IMG/VR virus record: IMGVR_UViG_3300025358_000001
Coordinates: 1 to 36,067 of that record
Direction: 5' to 3' (one strand)
From: a virus
Lineage: Duplodnaviria > Caudoviricetes
Length of the DNA: 36,067 nucleotides
The translations under genes and the position numbers were made by a program. The notes beneath the pieces were generated by a model. It saw only the letters and a list, made by a program, of their open reading frames with translations. It was not told the DNA's origin and ran no database searches. This document shows positions 25,376 to 35,188 of the stretch, in pieces. Each line of letters begins with the position of its first letter. The first letter of the stretch is position 1.

Positions 25376-26248
25376 ATGTCAGACAAAGAAGCAGGACAAG
25401 TCCTGACGAGTGAAAACTCAGCAGATTTTTACGCTAATAAATTAGGTTTAGCTACTGAAACTGAGCCTGTGCAAACAGAGGTGGTTGAGGTTAAGAGTGA
25501 GCCAGAGGCGCAAGATGATGCAAAGCCAGCAGAAGACCCAAAGCCAAATCGACTAGAGAAGCGTTTTACAGAGATTACTAGACAACGTGAAATGGCTCGT
25601 CAGGAAGCTGAACGAGAGCGTACGAGGGCTAGTGAGCTAGAGGCAAGGCTAAAGGAGCTAGAAGCAAAGGTCAACCCTAAACCAGTTGAGCAAACTTCAG
25701 AGCCTAAGCCAGATCAGTTTGCAGATGCGTTTGAGTACGCAAAAGCATTAGCTGAATACTCGACTGAAAAAGCGTTACGAGAGAGAGACAGACAGGAAGA
25801 ATTGCGTAGAACTGAAGCAGAACGTGCTAAGACATTCGAGGCATGGAATCAAAGGCAAGCGCAAATTAAGGCAGAGTTACCTGACTACGATGACATGATT
25901 GCATCTTCAGATGTGGTTGTGTCAGACCAAGTCAGGGATGCGATTTTCGATAGTGAAGTAGGACCAAAAATCCTATATCACTTAGCAGAAAATCCAGACG
26001 TTGCTGAAAAACTTTCTAAGATGACTGCTCTTGGTGCTCTAAGAGAAATTGGTAAGTTGGAAGCTCGATTTGAGCAACCAGCACCAAAGACTGAGGTGAA
26101 ATCTGTTGTTAGATCAAACGCACCCAAGCCTATCAGTCCACTTAGATCATCTAGTGCTGCTGTGGATACTCCAATAGACTCTAATGGTGAGTTTACTGGT
26201 ACTCCAGCACAATGGCGAGAGATGAGAAAAGCAGGAAAGATTAGGTAA
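25376..26248 (+). CDS. Capsid scaffolding protein
   Basis: Charged coiled coil, KRFTEIT, GPKILYHLAENP, EIGKLEARF, APKPISP; between portal and coat. Confidence 0.85.
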   Translation: MSDKEAGQVLTSENSADFYANKLGLATETEPVQTEVVEVKSEPEAQDDAKPAEDPKPNRLEKRFTEITRQREMARQEAERERTRASELEARLKELEAKVNPKPVEQTSEPKPDQFADAFEYAKALAEYSTEKALRERDRQEELRRTEAERAKTFEAWNQRQAQIKAELPDYDDMIASSDVVVSDQVRDAIFDSEVGPKILYHLAENPDVAEKLSKMTALGALREIGKLEARFEQPAPKTEVKSVVRSNAPKPISPLRSSSAAVDTPIDSNGEFTGTPAQWREMRKAGKIR

Positions 26249-26277
26249 AAACTTTTTAACTTTTTAAAGGAAATCAA

Positions 26278-27531
26278 ATGAGTAATAATCTCTTAACGAT
26301 ATCCAAAATCACTAACGAAGCGCTAATGGTTTTGGAAAATGAGTTGACCTTCACTTCTGAAGTTGACAGAAACTATGATGACCAGTTCGCTGTTGTCGGT
26401 GCAAAGATTGGTAACACAGTCAATGTCCGCAGACCCGGACGCTTTATTGGTACGACCGGTCCGGCCCTTAATGTCGAAGACTTTAATGAAACTTCAGTTC
26501 CTGTAACCTTAAGTACTCAATTTCACGTTGATACGCAGTTTACCACGGCTGATTTAGCACTTTCGTTGGACATGTTCTCTGATCGTGTGTTGAAGCCTGC
26601 GGTTGCCGCCATTGCTAACAAGATTGATCGTGATGGCTTAGTTATGGCTAAGAACAACACAGCAAATATTGTTGGTACTGCTGGAACACCTCCAACTGGT
26701 CTGATTACATTCTTGACTGCTGGTGCTTACCTTGACTCTGAAGGTGCTCCTCGTGATGGTCGTAGGTCAGTAACCATTGAGCCATTTACTTCTGCAACTA
26801 TTGTTGATAGCTTGAAAGGCCTCTTTGTGCCCCAAGAAGCTATTGGCGAACAGTATCGCAAAGGCCTCATGGGTCGCGACAGCGCTGGGGTTAATTGGAA
26901 AATGGACCAAAACGTTGTCTCCCAACAGTTTGGTGCTTGGACAGGTGGAACTGCTGGTTCTATTACTGTTAATGGCTCAAACCAAGGTCTTGCATCAGGA
27001 TGGGCACAAACATCTACGATCAACATCACAGCTACTGCTGCTGGTGCATTGAATCAAGGTGATGTGATTACTTTTGCAGGTGTGTACGCTGTTAACCCAC
27101 AAAATCGTCAAGCCTATGGCAATAACAAGTTGAGAAACTTTGTTGTTACATCTGCTGTCACTTTGTCTAATGGCAATACATCAGTAACAGTTAGCCCTGC
27201 ATTGATTTATGGTGGTCAGTTCCAAAACGTTACAGCATCTCCCACAAGTGGTGTTGCAGTTACTCCTTTCTCAATTGGAGTTTCTGGTTCTGGTACATAC
27301 TCACCACAGAACATTATGATGCACAGAAATGCGTTCACCTTGGCGGTGGCGGACCTCGAATTGCCTGAAGGTGTCCATTTTGCTGGTCGTGCAAGCGACA
27401 AAGAAATTGGCCTCTCAATGCGTGTGGTCAGGCAATACACGATTAACAACGATAGCATTCCAACTCGTTTGGATGTGCTCTACGGATGGGCGCCACTCTA
27501 CCCTGAGTTGGCTTGCCGTATTGCAGCTTAA
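26278..27531 (+). CDS. Major capsid protein, P22 coat (gp5)-like
   Basis: AKIGNTVNVRRP, P..AAIANKID, GDVITFAGV, RLDVLYG..LYPELACR; strong AAGGA RBS. Confidence 0.93.
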   Translation: MSNNLLTISKITNEALMVLENELTFTSEVDRNYDDQFAVVGAKIGNTVNVRRPGRFIGTTGPALNVEDFNETSVPVTLSTQFHVDTQFTTADLALSLDMFSDRVLKPAVAAIANKIDRDGLVMAKNNTANIVGTAGTPPTGLITFLTAGAYLDSEGAPRDGRRSVTIEPFTSATIVDSLKGLFVPQEAIGEQYRKGLMGRDSAGVNWKMDQNVVSQQFGAWTGGTAGSITVNGSNQGLASGWAQTSTINITATAAGALNQGDVITFAGVYAVNPQNRQAYGNNKLRNFVVTSAVTLSNGNTSVTVSPALIYGGQFQNVTASPTSGVAVTPFSIGVSGSGTYSPQNIMMHRNAFTLAVADLELPEGVHFAGRASDKEIGLSMRVVRQYTINNDSIPTRLDVLYGWAPLYPELACRIAA

Positions 27532-27556
27532 TTAACAATTTAAGGAGTATTTAATT

Positions 27557-27997
27557 ATGAGTAATCCCGGACCAGCAACCACAGTCAGCAATCACCCACA
27601 GAACTTGGCTACAAACCAAGCCTTGCGTTTGATTGCTTCAGCTCAATCAGTTAACTTGGCCTACGCTGGTGACACAGCAATGGCTCTTGTCGATGTGAGC
27701 AAATTCGTACCTGTTAGCGTAATCATTACCAATGGCCTTAACTCTAGTGGTTCTACAACCACTATTGCTACTGCTACTGTTGGTGTTTACACAAACACAG
27801 GAGCAACTGGAACAACAGTATTGACTACTGCTGCTTTGACAAGCAACACAGGTGGCCCTTATGTGACCATTTCTGCTGCAACAAATCCGAACACAGCTAT
27901 ATCTAGCTTCAGCAATTTATATGTAAATGTTGGAACTACGATTGCAGCTACTTGTGACGTATTTGTTTATGGCTACGACCTCACATTTTTACCTTAA
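27557..27997 (+). CDS. Putative capsid decoration/structural protein
   Basis: Thr-rich beta protein right after the coat gene; AAGGAG RBS; DVFVYG C-terminus. Confidence 0.6.
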   Translation: MSNPGPATTVSNHPQNLATNQALRLIASAQSVNLAYAGDTAMALVDVSKFVPVSVIITNGLNSSGSTTTIATATVGVYTNTGATGTTVLTTAALTSNTGGPYVTISAATNPNTAISSFSNLYVNVGTTIAATCDVFVYGYDLTFLP

Positions 27998-28018
27998 TTT
28001 GTGAGTAAATAAGAAGAA

Positions 28019-28057
28019 GGCCATCCTCAAAAGGGATGGCTTTTTTCGCTTTTCAGA
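28019..28057 (+). terminator. Rho-independent terminator
   Basis: GGCCATCCT-caaa-AGGGATGGC stem followed by TTTTTT. Confidence 0.8.
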
Positions 28058-28081
28058 TACAATAATCCAAAAGGAGTTTTT

Positions 28082-28408
28082 ATGTCATTACAAACTACGA
28101 TCCTAAGAGGAAATATCCTCAATTCCTTCCTTGTTTACCCAACATTGACACCTGCAGCAGTCTCTGGTTCACAAGCAACGCAAACATTTACAATCCAAGG
28201 CCTTTTGCCTAATGACTTTGTAAATATTTCCTTGCAAGGTGCTCAGACTACTGGTGTTGGTATTGCTAATGCTTGGGTATCTGCTGCTAATACTTTGTCA
28301 ATTCAATTTACAAATAGCACAGGTTCTTCTGCAACTCCTGCATCTGGTGTTTATACATTGGGTGTGGATCGTTTGGAAGGCACAATCCTTCCTACTAATG
28401 CAGTTTAA
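28082..28408 (+). CDS. Putative virion structural protein
   Basis: AAGGAG RBS; Thr/Ser-rich beta-sandwich-like ORF. Confidence 0.6.
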   Translation: MSLQTTILRGNILNSFLVYPTLTPAAVSGSQATQTFTIQGLLPNDFVNISLQGAQTTGVGIANAWVSAANTLSIQFTNSTGSSATPASGVYTLGVDRLEGTILPTNAV

Positions 28409-28410
28409 TC

Positions 28411-28761
28411 ATGGCAGGTTCAACAGTTCAACGTAATGCTGGTCAAACAACTGCGTTATCAGTTACAAGCACGAGCCATGCCTCGACTTTGATTGATGAC
28501 ACAACGAATGACCAGATCAACTACGCATCTTTCTTGAACACAGGAGCAAGCCCCATTGCTGTGAAGTTTTCTAGCTTCTCACCATGCCCTGCTGCTGTGT
28601 TTCCTGTAGATGGTTCAACACTTGGCGATTTCGTTCTTCCTGCAGGAATGTCATCTCCATTGATTCTAGCAACTCCTACAACTCCCTTTTACATGACTGC
28701 TATCAGTAACTCAGGTACTGCTGGCATCTTGTATGTGACACCTGTAGGTGACCAAAGTTGA
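28411..28761 (+). CDS. Putative virion structural protein
   Basis: Beta-rich ORF ending LYVTPVG; in the structural operon. Confidence 0.6.
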   Translation: MAGSTVQRNAGQTTALSVTSTSHASTLIDDTTNDQINYASFLNTGASPIAVKFSSFSPCPAAVFPVDGSTLGDFVLPAGMSSPLILATPTTPFYMTAISNSGTAGILYVTPVGDQS

Positions 28762-28765
28762 TTAT

Positions 28766-28792
28766 GGGGGGTGAAATTCCCCCCTTTTTTTT
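28766..28792 (+). terminator. Rho-independent terminator
   Basis: GGGGGG-tgaaatt-CCCCCC followed by TTTTTTTT. Confidence 0.8.
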
Positions 28793-28802
28793 AGGGTAGA
28801 TT

Positions 28803-30512
28803 ATGAGCAACAGTATTGCCAATACAGTAACAACGAACATATTGCCTGTACAGGCTTTATATGACCCAACAACTTTGGCCTTTATTACTTTTATTGGCCC
28901 TGCTGGTTTGCCTTTTACAAGTGCTGCAGGTGGTGTATCTAGCGTAAACGTTTCAGGTGGAACAACAGGATTGACCACAACTGGTGGCCCTATTGTGTCT
29001 AGTGGAACAATTACCATTGGTGGTACGCTTTCAGTCTCAAATGGTGGAACTGGGGCTACTACTAACTCAAGTGCTCTTAACAACTTATTGCCTACACAAA
29101 CAGGCAACTCAGGAAAATATCTAACCACAGATGGCACTAACGCATCTTGGGCCACAACTGGTGGTGGTTTAACCATTGCATTAGACACAACCACTAATGC
29201 AACAAGGTATTTGGCCTTTACAAGTGCAACAAGTGGAACAATCACAACAGAAAACGTCAGTTCAGGCTTGACGTTTAACCCATCTAGCTCTACATTGACT
29301 GCCACGACTTTTGTGGGTGCATTAACAGGAAATGCTTCAACTGCTACTTTGGCAACATCATCAACTAACCTTGCTGGTGGAGCTGGTGGCTCATTGCCTT
29401 ACCAAACAGGTTCAGGTGCAACAACCTTTTTGGCAGCAGGTAGCAATGGTCAATACCTAACTTTGAGTGGTGGTGTACCAACTTGGGCTAATTTGACCTA
29501 TGTTAGTTCATTTAGTGGTGGAACTACTGGACTAACCCCAAATACTGCCACTACAGGGGCTGTAACGCTTGCAGGGACGCTTGCAGTAGCAAATGGTGGC
29601 ACAGGCGTTACAACAAGCTCTGGTGCGTCTAGCGTTGTTTTAAGGGATTCTAACGTCAATGTAACTGCTAACGACTTTTATGAAGGTTTTACAAACGTAG
29701 CTGCTGCAGGAACTACCGTTACATTAACTGCTGCATCAACACCTAACTTTGTGATAACTGGCTCTGGTGGTCAGACATATAAGTTACCTGATGCAACAAC
29801 GCTACCTACAGGTGCTATATACACTTTTAACAACAATCAAACTTCAGGTGCAATTACTGTGCAAAACAGTTCAGGCACATCGGTTGTTTCTGTGCCATCA
29901 GGTGGTTTTGTTGAAATCATTCTTTTGACCAATTCTGTGGCTGCAGGAACATGGGATTACCACTTTCAAGCCCCATCAAATGTATCTTGGTCAACCAATA
30001 CATTTAGCTATTCAGGTTCAATCACCAATGCAACATGGAATGGTGTGTCAATTGGTGCAATTTATGGTGGAACTGGGCAAACTAGCTACACGACTGGTGA
30101 CATTTTGTACGCAAGTGCTACAAATACCTTGTCTAAGTTAGCTGCAGGAACAAATGGCTATGTGTTAACTTTGTCAGGTGGTGTTCCTACATGGTCAGCG
30201 ACAACTGCTGCAACATCAATTTCTGATGACACAAGCACCAATTCAACTCGATATATCAACTTTACAAGTGCAACTTCAGGCACTTTGAGTACGATTTACA
30301 CAAGTTCTACTAAGTTACAGTACAACCCAAGCACAGGTTTGTTTAGCACACCTAGTTTAGCCATTACAGGTACTTTGAGTGCTAATGGAAGCACAGGAAC
30401 TGCTGGTTATGTGCTAACTTCTAATGGTTCATCTGCTGCTTATTGGGCAGCACCATCAACAGGTCTAACCCAAGCCAAAGCAATGGCTTTAACCTTTACA
30501 TTTGGATTTTAA
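28803..30512 (+). CDS. Modular fibre protein (head or tail fibre shaft)
   Basis: Repeated SGGTTGLT, L.V.NGGTG, G..GYVLT..G..W and D.TN.TRY..FTSATSGT modules. Confidence 0.75.
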   Translation: MSNSIANTVTTNILPVQALYDPTTLAFITFIGPAGLPFTSAAGGVSSVNVSGGTTGLTTTGGPIVSSGTITIGGTLSVSNGGTGATTNSSALNNLLPTQTGNSGKYLTTDGTNASWATTGGGLTIALDTTTNATRYLAFTSATSGTITTENVSSGLTFNPSSSTLTATTFVGALTGNASTATLATSSTNLAGGAGGSLPYQTGSGATTFLAAGSNGQYLTLSGGVPTWANLTYVSSFSGGTTGLTPNTATTGAVTLAGTLAVANGGTGVTTSSGASSVVLRDSNVNVTANDFYEGFTNVAAAGTTVTLTAASTPNFVITGSGGQTYKLPDATTLPTGAIYTFNNNQTSGAITVQNSSGTSVVSVPSGGFVEIILLTNSVAAGTWDYHFQAPSNVSWSTNTFSYSGSITNATWNGVSIGAIYGGTGQTSYTTGDILYASATNTLSKLAAGTNGYVLTLSGGVPTWSATTAATSISDDTSTNSTRYINFTSATSGTLSTIYTSSTKLQYNPSTGLFSTPSLAITGTLSANGSTGTAGYVLTSNGSSAAYWAAPSTGLTQAKAMALTFTFGF

Positions 30513-30521
30513 GGAGCATTT

Positions 30522-30932
30522 ATGGCAGTCCCAAATATAGCAGCGTTAACCTCAATCGTAGGCTCAACTGCCTATATCAGTCCCGGCACTTCTGCCACAA
30601 CTTCTTGGACATATTCCACAGGAACTTCTGGCACAACTGCTCTGACAGGATTAACACCTGCAACCAACTATGTGAACAAAGTTGAAACAATTATTGCATC
30701 TAACTACACAAGTAGTGCTGCAACTGTTACTTTGGCTATTTCTGACAATGCAACATACGCATCAGGAACTGCTCACTACATTGCTTATCAAATCAGCGTT
30801 CCTCCAAATGCTTCTTTGGTGATTAACGACAAGACAACACCTATTTATGTGACTGAAAATCAGTCATTGGGTGTGATTGCTGGAACTGCAAGTGCTATTT
30901 CTGTTGTTGCTTGTTTAGAAACCATAGGTTAA
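30522..30932 (+). CDS. Small virion protein, probable fibre-tip adaptor
   Basis: MAVPNI..KVETIIASN..IAYQISVPPNASL..IYVTE; AAGGAG RBS; between fibre and Gly-rich genes. Confidence 0.6.
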   Translation: MAVPNIAALTSIVGSTAYISPGTSATTSWTYSTGTSGTTALTGLTPATNYVNKVETIIASNYTSSAATVTLAISDNATYASGTAHYIAYQISVPPNASLVINDKTTPIYVTENQSLGVIAGTASAISVVACLETIG

Positions 30933-30935
30933 ACC

Positions 30936-31832
30936 ATGACCTTGAGATACACAGGTGGGATTGTTTCTGACCAATTTACTGGATTGAACTATCCTGTTCA
31001 AACGGTAGAGTATCTTGTTGTCGCTGGAGGTGGTGGGGGTGGTAACGGTAATGTAAATGGAGGCGGTGCTGGTGGTGGTGGAGCTGGCGGACTTCTTACT
31101 GCAACAGGTTATTCAATAACTCTTGGCTCATCAATCACAGTTACTATTGGTGCAGGTGGATCTGGCGGTATATATGGTGGTGCATCTCCAAGCACAGGAT
31201 CTAATTCTGTATTTGGATCAATAACTGCTACAGGCGGTGGAACAGGTGCTTCTTATAATTCATCAACTTATACTGCTGGATCGTCTGGTGGATCAGGTGG
31301 TGGTGGCGGTGGTAATTCACCTTATACTGGAGCAGGATCAGGCACATCTGGTCAAGGCAATAGTGGTGGTACTGGTTCAAATAGTACAGGAGCTGGAGGG
31401 GGTGGTGGTGGATCTGGCTCAGTTGGGGTTGCATCTTCTGTAGGAACAAACGCTGGTGTTGCAGGAACAGGAACTGTATCTTCTATTACAGGATCACCCA
31501 TTCAATATGCAGGTGGTGGTGGTGGTGGAAGTTGGAATGGAAATACCTACATAGCATTGGGTTCTGGAGGTGGTGGTAATGGTGGAGCAGGAACTACACC
31601 TTACAATGGAACTACTGGATTAGCCAATACAGGTGGTGGTGGTGGTGGAAGTGGTGCAGGAACAACTACAGGTGCTTCAGGAAATGGTGGGGCAGGTGGT
31701 TCAGGAATCGTAGTTATCAGATACCCTGCTTATCTATCCCAAGCCACATCAACAACAGGTTCACCCACAACGTATATTGCAGGGCCATATCGCATATATA
31801 TCTTCAACGCATCAGGAACGATTACGTTTTAA
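30936..31832 (+). CDS. Glycine-rich domain protein 1 (putative adhesin)
   Basis: VEYLVVAGGGGGG..GGGGAGG..YAGGGGG..ANTGGGGGG..GGSGIVVIRY..F..SGTITF. Confidence 0.8.
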   Translation: MTLRYTGGIVSDQFTGLNYPVQTVEYLVVAGGGGGGNGNVNGGGAGGGGAGGLLTATGYSITLGSSITVTIGAGGSGGIYGGASPSTGSNSVFGSITATGGGTGASYNSSTYTAGSSGGSGGGGGGNSPYTGAGSGTSGQGNSGGTGSNSTGAGGGGGGSGSVGVASSVGTNAGVAGTGTVSSITGSPIQYAGGGGGGSWNGNTYIALGSGGGGNGGAGTTPYNGTTGLANTGGGGGGSGAGTTTGASGNGGAGGSGIVVIRYPAYLSQATSTTGSPTTYIAGPYRIYIFNASGTITF

Positions 31833-31835
31833 ATT

Positions 31836-32672
31836 ATGCCTAATGGAATCTTTTCTCTTAAACAACAGTTACAAGGCTTAATTCAAAAGGCTTGGACAGG
31901 CTCTATTGCGACTAACTATGTTGAGTATTTAGTTGTTGCTGGTGGTGGGGGTGGGGGTTCAACAAGTCCGGGTGGTGGTGGAGGCGCAGGTGGATTGCTT
32001 CAAGGCATTGTAAATGTTCCTAATGGATCATCAATTACTGTTACTGTAGGTTCTGGTGGTACTGGTTCAGGCTCATCAGGAACTAATAGTATTTTTGGAA
32101 ATATAAGTGCAACAGGTGGTGGATATTCTGCCACTTCAGGTAATGTTGCATCTGGTGGTTCAGGAGGCGGTGCGGCAGGTAGTGGAAGCGTTAATTATTT
32201 TGGTGGACAAGGAACTTTTGGCCAAGGAAACGCTGGTGGAGCAAATTTTCCACAAGGCGGTGTTGGCCCTACAGGAGGTGGCGGAGGTGCAGGAACAGTT
32301 GGTTTAACTGGAGTTTCTAATGTTTCTGGTAATGGTGGTGCAGGTATTGCTAGTTCAATATCAGGCACTGTTACTGCTTATGCTGGTGGTGGTGGCGGTG
32401 GAATTATTAGTGGAACTGCTGGCTCTGGTGGTGCAGGTGGTGGAGGTGCAGGAGCAGTAGGTTCATCTAATGGAACAAACGGTACTGCTAATACTGGTGG
32501 TGGAGGAGGAGGTTGTCAAAGTGGAACGCCTGGTCAAGGAGGCTCAGGCATCGTCATTATTCGCTACCCAAACACATTTAAAGACGCAGTATCAGTAACC
32601 AATGGTACTAAGACAAGTATCACAGGATTTACTGTGTATACGTTTACATCTTCTGGCTCAATAACATTCTAG
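31836..32672 (+). CDS. Glycine-rich domain protein 2 (putative adhesin)
   Basis: Same conserved framework; N-terminus GIFSLKQQ..AWT; probable start ATG 31836. Confidence 0.8.
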   Translation: MPNGIFSLKQQLQGLIQKAWTGSIATNYVEYLVVAGGGGGGSTSPGGGGGAGGLLQGIVNVPNGSSITVTVGSGGTGSGSSGTNSIFGNISATGGGYSATSGNVASGGSGGGAAGSGSVNYFGGQGTFGQGNAGGANFPQGGVGPTGGGGGAGTVGLTGVSNVSGNGGAGIASSISGTVTAYAGGGGGGIISGTAGSGGAGGGGAGAVGSSNGTNGTANTGGGGGGCQSGTPGQGGSGIVIIRYPNTFKDAVSVTNGTKTSITGFTVYTFTSSGSITF

Positions 32673-32679
32673 GACTAAC

Positions 32680-33615
32680 ATGAGTGATCGTATTGGTGGC
32701 CTAATCACAGGAACATTAAACCCTTTGACATCTTTGCCTACTGCAACTGTAGAGTATTTGGTTGTGGCTGGTGGTGGTGGGGGAGCTGGTGGAGCAAGTG
32801 GCGGAGGAGGCGCTGGTGGTCTTCTTACTGCTACGGGATATGCAGTTACTTCTGGCTCAAGTATTACCGTTACTGTTGGAGCTGGTGGGTCTTCAGGTTC
32901 AACATACAACGTATCTGGATCAAATGGAAATAATTCTATTTTTGGTTCTATTACTGCAACTGCTGGCGGTGGCGGCGGTGCGTATGGATCAAATGGATCA
33001 AATGGTGGTTCTGGTGGGGGTGCTTATCAAAGCACTACAGCAGGAACAGGAACATCGGGTCAAGGATATGCTGGTGCTGTTGGAGTAACTAGTTCAGATG
33101 CAACCACTGGAGGAGGCGGGGGCGGTTCTGGTTCTGCGGGTACTTCTGGTGTTACCAATGTACAAGCTGGTCAAGGCGGAACTGGAACTGTTTCAAGTAT
33201 TACAGGATCAAAACAATTTTATGCTGGTGGAGGTGGAGGTGGTGGCTATGCTGGATCATCAAACACATCGGCTGGCGGTAATGGTGGTGTAGGTGGCGGG
33301 GGTGCAGGCGCACCAGGAAACGGCAATGCTGGAACCCCTCCAACTGCTTTAGGAGGGGCACCAAATGGTGGAAACGCTTCACCAAATGGTACGGGTGGCT
33401 CAGGTGGCGCAAATACTGGTGGAGGTGGTGGAGCTGGGGCTTATTCTGCTTATGCGGGATTTACGGCAGGTGGTAATGGTGGCTCAGGAATAGTAATTAT
33501 TCGTTACCCAGCCAACACAGCACCCCCAGCATCAGTTACAGGTGGCCCACAGGTTTACTATAATTCGGGGTATCAGATTTACGTTTTCACAAGCAGTGGA
33601 ACAATCACATTTTAA
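32680..33615 (+). CDS. Glycine-rich domain protein 3 (putative adhesin)
   Basis: Same framework; most similar to protein 1. Confidence 0.8.
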   Translation: MSDRIGGLITGTLNPLTSLPTATVEYLVVAGGGGGAGGASGGGGAGGLLTATGYAVTSGSSITVTVGAGGSSGSTYNVSGSNGNNSIFGSITATAGGGGGAYGSNGSNGGSGGGAYQSTTAGTGTSGQGYAGAVGVTSSDATTGGGGGGSGSAGTSGVTNVQAGQGGTGTVSSITGSKQFYAGGGGGGGYAGSSNTSAGGNGGVGGGGAGAPGNGNAGTPPTALGGAPNGGNASPNGTGGSGGANTGGGGGAGAYSAYAGFTAGGNGGSGIVIIRYPANTAPPASVTGGPQVYYNSGYQIYVFTSSGTITF

Positions 33616-33624
33616 GGAGTTAAC

Positions 33625-33975
33625 ATGGCACACTTTGCTCACATCACAAATGGAATTGTTGATAACGTGATCGTTATTGATGCTGAAACACTAGCACTTG
33701 GACATTGGGGTGACCCATCAGAATGGGTTCAAACCAGTTACAACACGCATGGAAATGTTCATGCTTTGGGTGGCACACCATTACACAAAAATTACGCAGG
33801 AATTGGTTATTCTTGGGATGGTACTGGCTTTGCTGCTCCTCAACCTTATCCATCATGGACTAAAAACCAAACAACATATTTGTGGGAAGCACCTACACCT
33901 ATGCCTACTGATGGCAAGCATTACAATTGGGATGAGGCAACCAAGGCTTGGGTTGAAGTAACCCTAGGAGCTTAA
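33625..33975 (+). CDS. Small aromatic-rich companion of Gly-rich proteins
   Basis: MAHFA..V.NVIV..WVQTSYN..KNYAGIGY..PQPYPSW..WEAPTPMP..Y.WDE; AAGGAG RBS. Confidence 0.75.
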   Translation: MAHFAHITNGIVDNVIVIDAETLALGHWGDPSEWVQTSYNTHGNVHALGGTPLHKNYAGIGYSWDGTGFAAPQPYPSWTKNQTTYLWEAPTPMPTDGKHYNWDEATKAWVEVTLGA

Positions 33976-33976
33976 C

Positions 33977-34885
33977 ATGGCTCAATTTAGTGGCATTTGG
34001 TCACTATCCCAAGTTAGCCAAGCTGTTAAAGCACAGAATTGGACTGGTATATCTCCACCTATTATTGAATACCTTTTGGTCGCTGGAGGAGGCGGTGGAG
34101 GTGGTGTTGCAAATTCTTCAGGTTCTGCTGGAGGTGGAGGTGCAGGTGGCGTTATAGCTGGTCTTACATCAATAACTCAAGGAACACAATGTTGGATAAC
34201 AGTTGGTTCATCTGGATCTGGTGGTCCAACAAGTAATACAGCAGGAGGAAATGGTGGAAATTCTGTTTTATTAGCTAGTTCATCTGGGTCATCAACTGGT
34301 AATTTTGTTGCTTTTGGCGGAGGAGGTGGCGGAACATTAAATGGTGGTGGTTTGTCAGGTGGTTCTGGCGGTGGAGGAGGTTTTGCAACAGGTACTGCAC
34401 AAAACGGTGGATCAGGCACATCGGGGCAAGGAAATTCTGGTAGTGCTGGAATAGGATCAGGAACTAATCCATATCAGGGTGGCGGAGGTGGAGGAGCTGG
34501 AACAGCTGGTTTAAGTTATCAAACTAGCAATGGTGGCTCTGGAATAGCATCTTCTATTAATGGATCAGTTGTAGTTTACGCTGGTGGTGGAGGTGGCGGC
34601 AGCAACGCAATTGCAGGAACTGGAGGAGCAGGAGGTGGTGGCAATGGAGGCACATTTAATTCAAATGGTTCTTCTGGATCATCAAATACTGGTAGTGGAG
34701 GCGGTGGCGGAGGAAATAGTAGTAGTGGTGGAAATTCAGGCGGTAATGGTGGCTCAGGTATTGTCATAATCCGTTATCCATCAAGCTATAAACTAGCCAC
34801 AAGTACCACAGGCTCACCTACACAAACAACTGCCAATGGGTACATTATTTATACGTTTACAAGTTCAGGGAGTATCACATTTTGA
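33977..34885 (+). CDS. Glycine-rich domain protein 4 (putative adhesin)
   Basis: Same framework; N-terminus SGIWSLSQ..NWT resembles protein 2. Confidence 0.8.
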   Translation: MAQFSGIWSLSQVSQAVKAQNWTGISPPIIEYLLVAGGGGGGGVANSSGSAGGGGAGGVIAGLTSITQGTQCWITVGSSGSGGPTSNTAGGNGGNSVLLASSSGSSTGNFVAFGGGGGGTLNGGGLSGGSGGGGGFATGTAQNGGSGTSGQGNSGSAGIGSGTNPYQGGGGGGAGTAGLSYQTSNGGSGIASSINGSVVVYAGGGGGGSNAIAGTGGAGGGGNGGTFNSNGSSGSSNTGSGGGGGGNSSSGGNSGGNGGSGIVIIRYPSSYKLATSTTGSPTQTTANGYIIYTFTSSGSITF

Positions 34886-35184
34886 ACTGGAAAATCACTA
34901 ACATTGAGCAAACAGATGGGTTAATTACCCATGCTGATTACTTTGTTTCCTTAACTGATGTCACAAACACAGTAGAGACACAAGGAACACACACTTTTGC
35001 TAATCCAAGCCTAAAAACACCTTTTGATGAGGTAAAAGAGCAAAATGTGATTGATTGGATTATTCAAGAAACTAGCCAAGATGGTATAAATCTTATACAA
35101 TCAAACCTAGAAAAACAGCTAGTGCAAAAGGAAGCATCTTCCTTGCCTTGGGTTTTCAAGACTTTTAAACCTACTTTGGGATGA
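34882..35184 (+). CDS. Small tail-associated protein
   Basis: TTG start overlapping the previous stop, GGAG RBS; [21 protein letters not shown]. Confidence 0.6.
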   Translation: MNWKITNIEQTDGLITHADYFVSLTDVTNTVETQGTHTFANPSLKTPFDEVKEQNVIDWIIQETSQDGINLIQSNLEKQLVQKEASSLPWVFKTFKPTLG

Positions 35185-35188
35185 AGTT

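Noticed and set aside
28703-29305. Antisense and alternative-frame ORFs in the track (also 4445-4888, 11706-12131, 12340-12771, 19975-20463 and those over Gly-rich genes)
   Set aside because: Shadows of well-supported genes with biased codon use; no RBS or motifs
30936-34885. GGT/GGA repeats as a CRISPR array, DGR or invertible shufflon
   Set aside because: Repeats are in-frame Gly codons; no repeat-spacer periodicity, reverse transcriptase, adenine-specific TR/VR pair or invertase is visible
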